Of a DNA stretch of 64,000 nt, positions 23,229-34,423 are shown piece by piece. The notes beneath the pieces are model-generated. The model was not told the DNA's origin, ran no database searches, and saw nothing but the letters and a program-made list of their open reading frames with translations. Both the position numbers and the translations under genes were made by a program. Positions within the stretch are counted from its first letter, which is position 1. Every line of letters starts with the position of its first letter. The stretch covers positions 8,581-72,580 of the forward strand of contig CALXBW010000002.1 in assembly GCA_944386645.1 (NCBI GenBank), written 5' to 3'. This DNA is from an uncultured Clostridia bacterium. GTDB taxonomy: Bacteria; Bacillota; Clostridia; TANB77; CAG-508.

Positions 23229-24944
23229 CTAATTTTGCAACATATTCATATAATTATATAAACTACATTTTTTTATTAAATCTTCATGAGTCCCATATCC
23301 AACTATAGAACCTGAATCAAATACTAAAATTTTGTTACATTTTTTTATTGTATTAATTTTCTGAGATGCTATTAATAAAGTTATATTTTTTTTAATTACA
23401 TAATTTATTATATTATCTATAACATTACTTTCTGTTTTCAGATCTAATGCACTAGTTATATTATCTAGTAAAACAATTTTGGGATTTCCTATAAACATCC
23501 TAGCTATAGCTATTCTTTGTTTTTGTCCACCAGATAGATTGCTACCATCATTTTTTATAATATAATTTAAACCTTCTAATTTTGTTTTTATAAATTCATC
23601 TGCCCCAGACAAAATTATTGAATTGTTAATTTCGTTATCATTTACATCATAAGATAATTTTATATTGTTTTTAATTGAATCTCTTAAAAAAATAGGATTT
23701 TGTTCTATAAGTCTTATATTTTGTTTAACACAAAAATTTGTATACTCTGATAAATTCACATCACAAAAAAATATATTTCCTGAATTAGGTATATAACTCC
23801 TATTTATTAATTCTAAAAATGTAGATTTTCCTGAACTTGTTGGACCAATTATTCCAACTATTTCCCCCTTTTTTATAATTACGTTAATATTATTAAATAA
23901 TAAATTCTTATCATTATATGAAAAGCTTACATTTTCAAACCTAATAATATTATCTGTTCTTTCATTTATTTTTTCTATAAATCCTTTTTGTTTTTCTCCT
24001 TTTATATTAAATATATAATTAACTCTATTTACAGAAGAAAATGCTTTAGTATATATACTTATTAAATTAGACAGTATTATTACAGATATTAAAATTTGAG
24101 TAACATAATTAATTATTGCAATTAACTCTCCCTGTGTTAATAGATTATATTTTACTTGAATACTACCATTAAATAAAACTAAAATTATTGCCAAATTTAA
24201 TACTATACTTGTCATTGGGCTAAGTAAAGAAGAAATTATATTTGCTCTTTTATAAAACTTAAAATTTTCATCATTTATTTTTTTAAATTTATTTAACTCT
24301 TTATTTTCTGTTATGAAACTTCTAATAATTTTTATATTAATAATTTGTTCTTTAACCTTTGCCAATAAATTATCTAATAAATTATTAGCCTTTTTGTATA
24401 ATGGCATAGTTAATTTTATAATAAACCATATTACTAGTGAAAATATTATAGTAGACCCTAAAACTATAAATGCAATATTTAAATTTATAATGCTAATCAT
24501 AACAAGAGAAGCTATACATATAAAAGGAACCCTTATCACGAGCCTTATCCACATTGCAATTGCCAATTCAATATTAAAAATATCATTTGTTAATCTATTT
24601 ACAATTGCCAGAGAACCAATTCTATCAATTTCTTTATTTGGAACTTTAAATATATGTTTAAATAAATCCAATCTTAATTTTTTCCCAATATCTTGAGATA
24701 CTTTTGCTGCTAGATATTGACTTATAGATGCACAAATGTACCCAATTATAGTTATTATTAAAATAATTACCCCTATTTTTATTTTTTCATTCACATTATA
24801 TAAAAATATATTATCTATTACTTTTGCTATTATTACAGGTATTAATATTTCTATAATAGCTTCTACTAATTTAAATATTGGACCTATTATTAATTTATTC
24901 TTATATTCAGTTATTACATGTTTTACTTTATTCAAATCAACCAC
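23229..24944 (-). CDS. ABC exporter, fused permease/ATP-binding subunit (canonical LSGGQKQR)
   Basis: 571 aa; Walker A GPTSSGKST; LSGGQKQRIAIARM; 3-bp gap to the partner gene. Confidence 0.85.
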   Translation of the reverse strand: MVDLNKVKHVITEYKNKLIIGPIFKLVEAIIEILIPVIIAKVIDNIFLYNVNEKIKIGVIILIITIIGYICASISQYLAAKVSQDIGKKLRLDLFKHIFKVPNKEIDRIGSLAIVNRLTNDIFNIELAIAMWIRLVIRVPFICIASLVMISIINLNIAFIVLGSTIIFSLVIWFIIKLTMPLYKKANNLLDNLLAKVKEQIINIKIIRSFITENKELNKFKKINDENFKFYKRANIISSLLSPMTSIVLNLAIILVLFNGSIQVKYNLLTQGELIAIINYVTQILISVIILSNLISIYTKAFSSVNRVNYIFNIKGEKQKGFIEKINERTDNIIRFENVSFSYNDKNLLFNNINVIIKKGEIVGIIGPTSSGKSTFLELINRSYIPNSGNIFFCDVNLSEYTNFCVKQNIRLIEQNPIFLRDSIKNNIKLSYDVNDNEINNSIILSGADEFIKTKLEGLNYIIKNDGSNLSGGQKQRIAIARMFIGNPKIVLLDNITSALDLKTESNVIDNIINYVIKKNITLLIASQKINTIKKCNKILVFDSGSIVGYGTHEDLIKKCSLYNYMNMLQN

Positions 24945-25070
24945 CTTTTATTTTCTATTATATCCCAATTTTTATTTTTAAAACTTTTGACTTTTTGTAA
25001 AGATAATGTTATAATTTTACAAAATTTTTTTAAAATGTAATAGTCCAGATTGGATAGATTGGAGGTTTAT

Positions 25071-25262
25071 ATGAATGACGAAAATGTAAAACTGATACTT
25101 GCTGAAATAGATAATTTAAGAAATGATATTAACAAAAAATATGAAGACTTTAAATTATCTCTTTCCGCTCTAGACAATATCTTAGAAGAACTTGATTACT
25201 CAAATAATTTACAAAAAGAAAATAAAGAAGCAATAAATAAAATATTAAAATATATTAAATAA
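25071..25262 (+). CDS. Small coiled-coil hypothetical protein (63 aa)
   Basis: GGAGG 6 nt upstream of ATG at 25071; followed by intrinsic terminator. Confidence 0.35.
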   Translation: MNDENVKLILAEIDNLRNDINKKYEDFKLSLSALDNILEELDYSNNLQKENKEAINKILKYIK

Positions 25263-25277
25263 GATTACACTAGAAAA

Positions 25278-25303
25278 AGAAAATGCTGATATTATATAGC
25301 ATT
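25278..25303 (+). terminator. Rho-independent terminator
   Basis: aaaatgct-gatattatat-agcatttt followed by cttttttatt. Confidence 0.5.
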
Positions 25304-25321
25304 TTCTTTTTTATTAATATA

Positions 25322-26416
25322 TTATTTTACACTATCTCCACCTATTATTTCACCTGTTGTACAATCTACAAAGTAGCTATCTTTATCGGTAAATAAATCG
25401 TTTTTATAAGTAATTTCTACTACCCAAACCTTTCTAACAGTTTCATTTGTTACATATACTTGATTATCATCTGTATTTTGTATTGTTGTTGTATTAGATA
25501 TTATATTATTATCTCTTTCAATAATTGACTGTTCTTGAGAATAAACAAATGTATTCATTTTTCTTATATCAAGTTTTGAATCTATTTTTTTTATCTCGCT
25601 ATCAGGTCTCATACTTAAAGCTTTATTTTTGGCAATTTCGACTGCTTCTGGTTGACTAATTACAATTGGATTATTTTCAAATTCATCATCAAATAGAGTA
25701 TATATTGTTAATTGTTTAATTTCTGGAATAAATGTTATTCTTACACACTGATATATATTATATATTCCATCATATTTTTTACAAAAATCTGCTCCCCATA
25801 AATTAGTATCATCTGTTATCGAATTTTTCTTAAGAGAAGATAATTCATACTCTCCATCTTTATATCCTAATTCATAATATATTTGTTTTGCAATTTTTTC
25901 TGCTTCATCTCTTGAAACTGTTGACTCTATTTTTGTATCATCAATTCCCCAATCAGAAATTTGCTTTAATTTTCCTGTTTTTGCATCAATACTAACAGAT
26001 ATTTTTGTATCTGTATCAATATACCAATTTAAATCATATATATCTATTTTATTCATCTCGGCTCTTACTACATTTCCAAAATTTTTACCTAAATTTCCCG
26101 TTATTTGTTTTGCTATATCTATTGCTTCATCTTTAGTTAAACTATCCTCTACTTCTTTTGATGTTATTTGTCTAATTTCTTCACTATTATATTTCTCTGG
26201 TTCTTTCCATATTTTTTCATAAATATATGTACCTGCATATGTAACTCCAAATCCCAATGTCACAACTAACATTATCATCGATAAAACTCTTATTGCTCTA
26301 TTACCTTCTGTATTTTTATAATAATGTTTCCTATAAAATTTATCATTTGTTTTATTCTCACTATAATCTGAATACTTATCCCAAACTCCATTTAAAAAAT
26401 CTTTTTCATTTAACAT
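25322..26416 (-). CDS. Membrane-anchored protein co-transcribed with ECF sigma factor (putative anti-sigma partner; PepSY-like repeats)
   Basis: 364 aa; TM VLSMIMLVVTLGFGVTYAG; repeated DEAxxIAKQ motifs; overlaps sigma gene by 7 bp. Confidence 0.5.
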   Translation of the reverse strand: MLNEKDFLNGVWDKYSDYSENKTNDKFYRKHYYKNTEGNRAIRVLSMIMLVVTLGFGVTYAGTYIYEKIWKEPEKYNSEEIRQITSKEVEDSLTKDEAIDIAKQITGNLGKNFGNVVRAEMNKIDIYDLNWYIDTDTKISVSIDAKTGKLKQISDWGIDDTKIESTVSRDEAEKIAKQIYYELGYKDGEYELSSLKKNSITDDTNLWGADFCKKYDGIYNIYQCVRITFIPEIKQLTIYTLFDDEFENNPIVISQPEAVEIAKNKALSMRPDSEIKKIDSKLDIRKMNTFVYSQEQSIIERDNNIISNTTTIQNTDDNQVYVTNETVRKVWVVEITYKNDLFTDKDSYFVDCTTGEIIGGDSVK

Positions 26417-26994
26417 ACTTCTCCCTCCTTTCTTAAAACTTTTTCAAGAGATTTTCTTGCTCTATATATAGAAATTTTGACCTGAGGCATAGTCTTATCT
26501 AATATTTTACAAATTTCCTTATAATTAAAACCTTGTATATCTCTTAAATAAATTAATATTTGATATTCCATTTTTATCTTCTCTAAAGCTTTTGATATAA
26601 TTTCTTTATTTTCCTGTTTTATTAACCTTTCATCAATATCTATAATATGTAAGTCTTCTAAAGGTATATCAGAAAGTGGAATATTTCTCTTTTGCTTTTT
26701 CATATAATTTATCGCTCTACATTTAGCAATAGTAAATAAATATGTTTTCAAACTATATTTAAAATCATATTCTTTTTTATTTACTAATACATAAACAAAA
26801 GTATCTTGTGATAAATCTTCTGATATTTCTATATTTTTTACATATTTCAAAATAAATAATATTAATGTATTTCTATATCTTTTTACAATTTCATTAAAAG
26901 CTTCTTTATTCCCATTCAAAAAATCATTATATAACTCCACATCTGTTTTTTCTTTTAATACTAAATCTTCTAGCATTTTGTACTTCCTTTCCAA
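26410..26994 (-). CDS. ECF-type RNA polymerase sigma-70 family factor
   Basis: 194 aa; region 2 (LSQDTFVYVL), region 4 HTH (YKEICKILDKTMPQVKISIYRARKSL). Confidence 0.75.
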   Translation of the reverse strand: MERKYKMLEDLVLKEKTDVELYNDFLNGNKEAFNEIVKRYRNTLILFILKYVKNIEISEDLSQDTFVYVLVNKKEYDFKYSLKTYLFTIAKCRAINYMKKQKRNIPLSDIPLEDLHIIDIDERLIKQENKEIISKALEKIKMEYQILIYLRDIQGFNYKEICKILDKTMPQVKISIYRARKSLEKVLRKEGEVC

Positions 26995-27163
26995 ATTATT
27001 ATAACTTATATCCTTTACTTTAATACAATTTTAATTTGCAAAAGTTACACTTAAATTTTTGCTTTTTATATAAAATTAGCAAAAAAAAATTAATATATTA
27101 TTTTTGACAGTCGATGTATGTGAGACTTATAAAATAATATATTAATTTTTTAGATATTAATTA

Positions 27164-27211
27164 GAGTTCGGGCTAACAGTGTTCGCCTGAACTCTAATGT
27201 TATTTTTTTTA
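27164..27211 (+). terminator. GC-rich hairpin followed by T8 run (intrinsic terminator-like; repeat family with 44044-44066)
   Basis: agagttcgggc-taacagtgttc-gcctgaactct then aatgttatttttttt; GC-rich island in AT-rich DNA. Confidence 0.5.
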
Positions 27212-27227
27212 ATATATAAATGCTACT

Positions 27228-29072
27228 CTAACCAACTTTTCTTTCAAATTGTGAATTATACAAATTATAGTAAAATCCTTTTTTATCTAATAATTCCTCA
27301 TGTGTACCTTGTTCTATAATATCTCCATCATTAATAACAAGTATCTTATCTGCATCCTTTATAGTAGAAAGCCTATGTGCAATTATAAAACATGTTCTTC
27401 CCTTCATTAAATTATTCATTGCCTTTTGAATTAATATTTCTGTTCTCGTATCTACTGAAGATGTTGCCTCATCTAATATCAATATTTTAGGATCAGATAA
27501 AAATGCTCTTGCAATTGTTAACAATTGTTTTTGTCCTTGAGAAATATTATTGGATTCTTCATTTAAAATCATATTATATCCATCTGGTAATGTTTTTACG
27601 AAATGATCAACTTGAGCTTTTTTAGCAGCCTCAACTACATCTTCATCAGTTGCATCAAGTTTTCCATAACGTATATTTTCCATAATAGTACCATTAAATG
27701 TCCATGTATCTTGTAAAACCATTCCAAATTCTGAACGTAAATCATTTCTTGTAAAATTTTTAATATTTATACCATCTAATAAAATTTCTCCACTATTTAC
27801 ATCATAATATCTCATTAATAATTTAACAATTGTTGTTTTTCCAGCTCCTGTTGGTCCAACAATAGCTATTGTTTCACCAGCATTTATCTTTGCAGAAAAA
27901 TCATTTATTATAATTTTATCCTGATTATATCCAAAATTAACATTTTTAAACTCGATATTTCCTTTTACATTATCTATAGAAGCTGGTTTATCTGTATCTG
28001 GCACTTCCTCTTCTTCTGCCAAAAATTCAAATACTCTTTCAGCAGCTGCTATAGTTGATTGTAAAACATTTGATATATTTGCAATTTGAGAAATTGGCTC
28101 ATTAAATCTTCTCATATATTGTATAAAAGATTGTATATTACCAACTGTAATAATTCCATTAGTTGCATAATATCCACCTAAAATACATATAACCACATAT
28201 CCTAAATTTCCAACAAAATTCATAATAGGATGCATTAAACTTGATAAAAATTGTGATCTCCATGCAGATTTATATAATTGGTGGTTGTATTCCGAGAATG
28301 TCTCTTCTGAACTTTTCTCACCATTAAAAGACTTAACAATTGTATGATTTGTATACATTTCTTCAATATGACCATTTACATGACCTAAATATTCTTGTTG
28401 CTGTTTAAAATATTTTTGTGATTTTCTAACAACTATACTAACTAAAAAAGCTGATATTGGTAAAACCAAAACTGCAAATATAGTCATCTTCCAACTTATA
28501 GTAAGCATCATTACTACAATACCTATTAAAGTTGTAATTGATGAAACAATTTGTGAAATACTTTGCCCCAAACTTTGTGAAATTGTATCTACATCATTAG
28601 TTATATATGATAAAACTTCACCATGACTTTTTTTGTCAAAATACTTTAAAGGAAGTCTATTTATTTTTTTAGATATATCTTTTCTTAAATTATAAGTAAC
28701 ATTCATTGTTACTTTTGTTAAAATAAAACCTTCTATATACCAAAAACCAGCACTTAGTAAATATAATACTATTAATATTATAACAATATTTAAAATTCCA
28801 GCAAAATTTATTCCAAGTCCATTATCTGCAATAATATTCATTACACCTTCATATATTATTGTAGTAGCATCACCTAGAACTTTAGGTCCTATTATATCGC
28901 ATATTACTGATAAAATAGAAAATACAATTGCAACGAAAATCATTATTTTGTATCTTCCTAAATACTGTACCAACTTTTTTAAAGTCTTTTTAATGTTTTT
29001 AGGTTTTTCTATTGACTTTCTTACACCAGTTCCTGGAGGTCCACCAGCAAGTTTGTTACTATTATCTGCCAT
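27228..29072 (-). CDS. ABC multidrug-type exporter, fused permease/ATP-binding
   Basis: 614 aa; Walker A GPTGAGKTT; signature ISQGQKQLLTIARA; Walker B ILDEATSSVD. Confidence 0.85.
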   Translation of the reverse strand: MADNSNKLAGGPPGTGVRKSIEKPKNIKKTLKKLVQYLGRYKIMIFVAIVFSILSVICDIIGPKVLGDATTIIYEGVMNIIADNGLGINFAGILNIVIILIVLYLLSAGFWYIEGFILTKVTMNVTYNLRKDISKKINRLPLKYFDKKSHGEVLSYITNDVDTISQSLGQSISQIVSSITTLIGIVVMMLTISWKMTIFAVLVLPISAFLVSIVVRKSQKYFKQQQEYLGHVNGHIEEMYTNHTIVKSFNGEKSSEETFSEYNHQLYKSAWRSQFLSSLMHPIMNFVGNLGYVVICILGGYYATNGIITVGNIQSFIQYMRRFNEPISQIANISNVLQSTIAAAERVFEFLAEEEEVPDTDKPASIDNVKGNIEFKNVNFGYNQDKIIINDFSAKINAGETIAIVGPTGAGKTTIVKLLMRYYDVNSGEILLDGINIKNFTRNDLRSEFGMVLQDTWTFNGTIMENIRYGKLDATDEDVVEAAKKAQVDHFVKTLPDGYNMILNEESNNISQGQKQLLTIARAFLSDPKILILDEATSSVDTRTEILIQKAMNNLMKGRTCFIIAHRLSTIKDADKILVINDGDIIEQGTHEELLDKKGFYYNLYNSQFERKVG

Positions 29073-29073
29073 A

Positions 29074-31285
29074 TTATAATTCTCCTTTCTCTAATTGTGA
29101 TGATGCTATTTCATAGTAAGTAGGACAATTTTTTAGTAACTCCTTATGTGTTCCTTTTCCCACTATCTTACCTTCATCTAGAACTACTATTTGATCAGCA
29201 TTCATTATTGTACTTACACGCTGAGCAACAATTAATATTGTATTTTCTTTAAAGTACTCATTTAATGCCTTTCTTAATTTACTATCTGTTTCAAAATCTA
29301 ATGCAGAAAAACTATCATCAAAAATATAAATTGGAGCATTTTTTACTAAAGCCCTAGCAATAGATATTCTTTGTTTTTGTCCACCAGATACATTCGTTCC
29401 GCCTTGTGCTATAGGACTATTATATTTTTCTTCCTTACTGTCGATAAATTCTTTAGCCTGTGCTATATTTGCACATATTTCCATAAACTCATCACTTGCT
29501 TCTTGATTTCCATATTTTAAGTTAGATTCAATTGTACCAGATAATAAGCTTGCTTTTTGTGGTACATATGCTATTTGTTTTTGCAAATCACTATAATCAT
29601 AATCTTTTACATTAACTCCATTTACTAATATTTCACCATCTGTTACATCATAAAACCTTGGAATTAATTTCACAAGAGTAGATTTACCGTGAACCCGTAG
29701 AACCTATAAAAGCTGTTGTTTTTCCTTTCTCCGCAGTAAATGTAATATTTTCTAATGCATATTCATCTGCACCTGTATATTTAAAATTAACATTCTTAAA
29801 TTCAACAATACCTTTATTTTTATCATTTGATTTTTTAGGTTCTTTTGGATTCTTAATTACAGGTTCTGTTTCTAATACTTCATTAATACGATTAGCAGAA
29901 ACAGAAGCTCTTGGCACCATTATAAATATCATTGATATCATCAAGAATGACATTATAACTTGCATTGCATATTGCATAAATGCCATCATATCTCCAACCA
30001 TTAATGCAGATTCAGCTATTTGATGTGCACCTATCCACACAATTAATAAAGTTATACCATTCATTATTAATGTCATTGCAGGCATCATAAATACCATAAC
30101 TCTATTTACAAATAAATTAGTTTTTGTTAATTTCTTATTTACATTATCAAATCTTTTTTCTTCATATCTTTGAGTTCTAAAAGCTCTAGAAACCATTACC
30201 CCTTCTAAATTTTCTCTAGAAACTAAATTAATATTATCTATTAATTCTTGCAATTTCTTAAATTTTGGCATAGCAAGAGCAAATATTGTCGCAATTAATA
30301 TAAGTATTAAAACACATGCTAAAACAAGAATCCATGTCATACTAGTATTTGTATTTAAAATCATAATTATTGCACCAATCCCCATAACTGGAGCATATGC
30401 CATTATTCTTATTCCAGAAATAATTATATTTTGTATTTGAGTTATATCATTTGTAGTTCTTGTTATTAAAGATGATGTTGAAAATTTATCAAATTCAGCA
30501 TCTGAAAAAGTTTGAACTTTTTTAAATACATCTTTTCTTATATTTCTTGCTATTTTTGTTGCAGTTCTAGTAGAAATAAAATTTACACACACTGCTGATA
30601 CAATTACAAGCAGTGTTACCCCTATCATTTTTAAGCCAACCCATAATATATAATTAGTCTGTATTTTAGATATATCTACATCAATCTCTTGATAAAATAA
30701 TTTTGTAAATACAATAGCAGATTGTTCTAACAAACTTTCATCCATACTTTCTGCTTTTTGTCTTGCTTCATTTATTATGGATTCATCTATACTTTCCAAA
30801 TATGGTTGCATACCATATATTTTAGAAAAATCTATTTGTGTATTGTCAGTTATCTCAACTGAATTATTATTTTTACTATTCAATTCTGACATAACATCTA
30901 TAAATGTTCTTGTAGACACTTCAAAAACTCTGTCTAATTTACTTAAATCATCATCACTTACATCTTTAAGTATGTATATATTATTATCCATAATTCCTGG
31001 ATAATCTTCTACATATTCACTATTTCCTTTTTGAATTAATTCATAATTTTCATCAACTATTTTAATATCATCTTCTGACATAAATACCTTTAAAAAATTC
31101 ATACCATTTTCACTAATAGCTTTTGGTGTGGCATTTTCTATTCCTGATGATTGTATTCCAACATTTACAATATCAGACATAAGACTTGGTAATTTTAAAT
31201 TGCCAATTGCTTGCACAAATAATAAACATATTGCTAATATTAATATAAATATATATGGTCTTAAATATCTGTGTAGTTTTAACAC
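29074..31285 (-). pseudogene. ABC exporter permease/ATP-binding gene split by a +1 frameshift inside the Walker A codons
   Basis: ORF 29684-31285 ends ...AFIGSTGSR* and ORF 29074-29673 continues (KST)LVKLIPRFYDV...LSGGQKQR; DNA reads ggttca-c-ggtaaatct where GSTGSGKST is expected (extra base near 29686-29692). Confidence 0.6.
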
Positions 31286-31728
31286 TTAAATTCCTCTCTT
31301 TCTTTCTCTATATTATTTTTTATTTTTTTTAAAACATTATATACAGAATCTAATTCTTCTTCTGTTATACCTTTAAAGGTTCTTTCTATCAAATCTTTTG
31401 ACATATTACTACATTCTTTATGAAACTGTTTTCCCTTTTCTGTCATATACAATCTTATAATTCTTTTATCTTTTTCATCTTGCACTCTTTTTATAAAACC
31501 TTGATTTTCCATTTTCTGAATCATTGTTGTAATTGTTGCTGGTCTTTTATAACAAATATCAGATAAATCTTTTTGACTTATTCCTTCATTTTCTGCAATT
31601 GTTTTTATTATTATTGGTTGACCTGGATATACTGTAACTTTTCCCATCTTTTTATATACATATTGCCTATTTAATGTTAAAATAGATTTTACTAATTCAT
31701 GTATCATAAAAGCTTTTTTCTTATTCAT
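31279..31728 (-). CDS. MarR-family transcriptional regulator
   Basis: 149 aa; wHTH GISQKDLSDICYKRPATITTMIQKMENQGFIKR; first gene of the operon with the two ABC exporter genes. Confidence 0.8.
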   Translation of the reverse strand: MNKKKAFMIHELVKSILTLNRQYVYKKMGKVTVYPGQPIIIKTIAENEGISQKDLSDICYKRPATITTMIQKMENQGFIKRVQDEKDKRIIRLYMTEKGKQFHKECSNMSKDLIERTFKGITEEELDSVYNVLKKIKNNIEKEREEFKC

Positions 31729-31950
31729 ATTACTACATCCCCTTGGTATAATAATTAGACTTCTAATTATTATACTACTTTTATTTTTTTTGTCAATGAT
31801 ATTATAACCATTTTTCGTAATAAAATATAATGTCTGAACAGTAACAAATTTATAAATACTCTTGGGTTATTAATAATTCACTTTTTTAATATTGATATAT
31901 TTTGTAAATTAATGTATAATTTTTTTATTATTTTTATAGAAGGTGATAAT

Positions 31951-32109
31951 TTGAAAATTAAAGAAATAAGATTGTTAAATATTACAGTATTACAAAATAA
32001 TATAGAAATATACAATGGTCCTGTTCAAGAAGCTACTGAAGAATTGTTAGATACTGAAATAAAAAAAATACATTTTGATGAAGATTCAAATTTAATTATA
32101 GAAATATAA
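31951..32109 (+). CDS. Small hypothetical protein (TTG start, ~52 aa)
   Basis: aaggtga RBS then TTG; followed by intrinsic terminator; no homology recognised. Confidence 0.25.
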   Translation: MKIKEIRLLNITVLQNNIEIYNGPVQEATEELLDTEIKKIHFDEDSNLIIEI

Positions 32110-32141
32110 AAACTAGCCTTACGGCTAGTTTTCTTTGTCGA
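32110..32141 (+). terminator. Rho-independent terminator
   Basis: aaaactagcc-ttac-ggctagtttt followed by ctttgtc. Confidence 0.45.
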
Positions 32142-32368
32142 TATCTTGTAAAAAAGACTTGAAGATTAAGATTAATTTAACCTTGTATAAATAATATATT
32201 ATTGTTATAAATTAGTCAAGTTTTTTCGTGTGTCATTTTTCGACATTTTTCTACTTTTATTTTATTACATTTTTTTATTATACTAGTAGACAAATTTTAT
32301 TTATATAACTATACTATTAAGGGTTATAAATTTATTTTGAATATGTACAATAAGGAGGAAATTTTTCC

Positions 32369-32902
32369 GTGGAAGAGTTAGTTAAACGTTCCATTCATGG
32401 TGATAAAGCAGCATTTACAGAAATTATACATATTATTCAAAGTGATTTATTTAGAATTGCAAAATCTAGATTAGATAATATTGAAGATGTAAATGATGCA
32501 ATACAAGAAACAATGATTATTGCTTACAAATCATTGAAAACTTTAAACAATCCTCACTTCTTCAAAACTTGGATTATTAAAATTTTAATCAATGAATGTA
32601 ACAAGATTTATGAAAAGAAAAATAAGAAAAACATACTCTTTGATAAAATACTAAAATTTAAAAGCACACCAAATGAAACTTATACAGACACTTCAAATAT
32701 AGATACAAAAGTTGATTTTAATAATTTGCTTGAAACTCTAAATTATGAAGAGAAAATCTGTATTATCTTATTCTATAACAATAATTATTCTATTAATGAA
32801 ATTGCTGAAATTTTAGATACTAGTCCCAACACTATAAAAAGTAGAATAACAAGAGCAAAGAAAAAGCTTAAGAATAAAGGAGGTGTTGCAAATGGAACAT
32901 AA
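32369..32902 (+). CDS. ECF-type RNA polymerase sigma-70 family factor (GTG start)
   Basis: AAGGAGG RBS 9 nt upstream of GTG; region 2 IQETMIIAYKSL; region 4 YSINEIAEILDTSPNTIKSRITRAKKKL. Confidence 0.75.
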   Translation: MEELVKRSIHGDKAAFTEIIHIIQSDLFRIAKSRLDNIEDVNDAIQETMIIAYKSLKTLNNPHFFKTWIIKILINECNKIYEKKNKKNILFDKILKFKSTPNETYTDTSNIDTKVDFNNLLETLNYEEKICIILFYNNNYSINEIAEILDTSPNTIKSRITRAKKKLKNKGGVANGT

Positions 32903-33938
32903 TAAAAATAATCCAAAAGATGAAATAGATGATTTATTATATGACTATTTTAAAAATAATGATGAAGATGTTCCAATTGAAACCTCAAAAGCTATAGATG
33001 AAGCTCTTTATAAAAAGAAAAAACATTCTTCATTTAATATTTCTAAAATAGCAGCTATTATATTACTTTGTTTTACTATGACAACTGGTCTAATATTTGC
33101 AAAAGATATAATAAACTTCTTTAGTGAAATATTTGATCTAAAATCTACTAATATTGATAATAGTGGAATTGTAGATGCAATAGCAAATAAAAATTATATA
33201 CAAAATGTTGATATGGATTACATACCTATTGATGACAATTATAGTATAAAAGTAGATTATTTAATGCTAGATGACTTAAATTTATATTTGGTATTTAATC
33301 TTCATTCTAACAAAAAGATAGATGAAAACTATAGAATTTCTATCACTGATTTAAAATTAACAGACCAAGATGGTAATGTGATATATGATGGAAATAGTAT
33401 TACATTTTATAATACTAATCAAACATTATATTGTGATGGTTGGAATAAAATTAACAGTAGTTCTGATTATTGTTTAAGAGAATTATTATATATAATGACA
33501 AATGGTATAAGTAATTTAAATACACTTTACTTTTCTTTTAATAATTTAATCATATATCATAATAATAATCCTAATAGTAATTTAAAAATTAATAAAAGTA
33601 TAAACTTTTCTATAAACATTATTGATAAATTTATAAATAAAGATATATATGAATTTAAATCACTTCAAAATTATAAAGATTTTAATATTAATAAGTGCAT
33701 ATTAACTGATACTGGCATGTATTTATTATATACAGCTCCAGAACCAAATATTAATTTTACTTTTAACAATTATTCTAAAACTAAAAGATTTTTAGGATAT
33801 AGAAATAATTTATATTATTTTATCGTTCATTTTAATATTACTAAAAATATATTTTATTTTGAAAATAAAATAATATTAATTGAAACATACACAAATCGAA
33901 CTATTGAATTAGAAATAAATAAATCATCTACAAATTAA
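32892..33938 (+). CDS. Membrane-anchored protein downstream of/overlapping ECF sigma gene (putative anti-sigma partner)
   Basis: AGGAGG RBS then ATG at 32892 (MEHNKNN...); TM IAAIILLCFTMTTGLIFA; Asn-rich extracellular domain. Confidence 0.5.
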   Translation: MEHNKNNPKDEIDDLLYDYFKNNDEDVPIETSKAIDEALYKKKKHSSFNISKIAAIILLCFTMTTGLIFAKDIINFFSEIFDLKSTNIDNSGIVDAIANKNYIQNVDMDYIPIDDNYSIKVDYLMLDDLNLYLVFNLHSNKKIDENYRISITDLKLTDQDGNVIYDGNSITFYNTNQTLYCDGWNKINSSSDYCLRELLYIMTNGISNLNTLYFSFNNLIIYHNNNPNSNLKINKSINFSINIIDKFINKDIYEFKSLQNYKDFNINKCILTDTGMYLLYTAPEPNINFTFNNYSKTKRFLGYRNNLYYFIVHFNITKNIFYFENKIILIETYTNRTIELEINKSSTN

Positions 33939-33967
33939 ATATTTGTAGATGATTTATTATATGTATT

Positions 33968-34378
33968 CTACCAACTATACATTTTCATATCCATATTTAT
34001 TCTAACCGAACTATCTGAACATTTTACAGTTATTCCTGCATCACTTCCACCTGCTATAGGTATATAATCAGCCTTTCTGGTTACTCCATCTGTATATGTT
34101 CTAAATCTGTGTATTGTATTTGTATATGCTACATATACTTCTATTATTAATTCTCTAGATATTCCATCTTCTGCTGTAGCAGTAACTTCAACTGCCATAT
34201 AATCACCATCATAATGCTTACCCATGCTAGAAAAAGTTCCATAAAAACTTACTGGAGCTGGATCATAATATGCAAATGTGCTTACTCCATTTGCTTTTAC
34301 TTGTGTAGGAACAGCAATTAATGAAAACATCATTATTACTCCTACAATTAAATACATAATCTTTTTTACAATTGACAT
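33968..34378 (-). CDS. Small secreted hypothetical protein (signal peptide)
   Basis: 136 aa; N-terminal signal MSIVKKIMYLIVGVIMMFSLIAVPTQVKANG. Confidence 0.5.
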   Translation of the reverse strand: MSIVKKIMYLIVGVIMMFSLIAVPTQVKANGVSTFAYYDPAPVSFYGTFSSMGKHYDGDYMAVEVTATAEDGISRELIIEVYVAYTNTIHRFRTYTDGVTRKADYIPIAGGSDAGITVKCSDSSVRINMDMKMYSW

Positions 34379-34423
34379 TCTTAAATCACCCTTCCTTTAA
34401 TTTTACTGATAGTATAAATAACA

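Noticed and set aside
31912-32109. 65-aa ORF starting at ATG 31912
   Set aside because: The N-terminal 13 codons are AT-rich and have no RBS. If real at all, the TTG at 31951 after AAGGTGA is the likelier start. It is kept only as a low-confidence feature.
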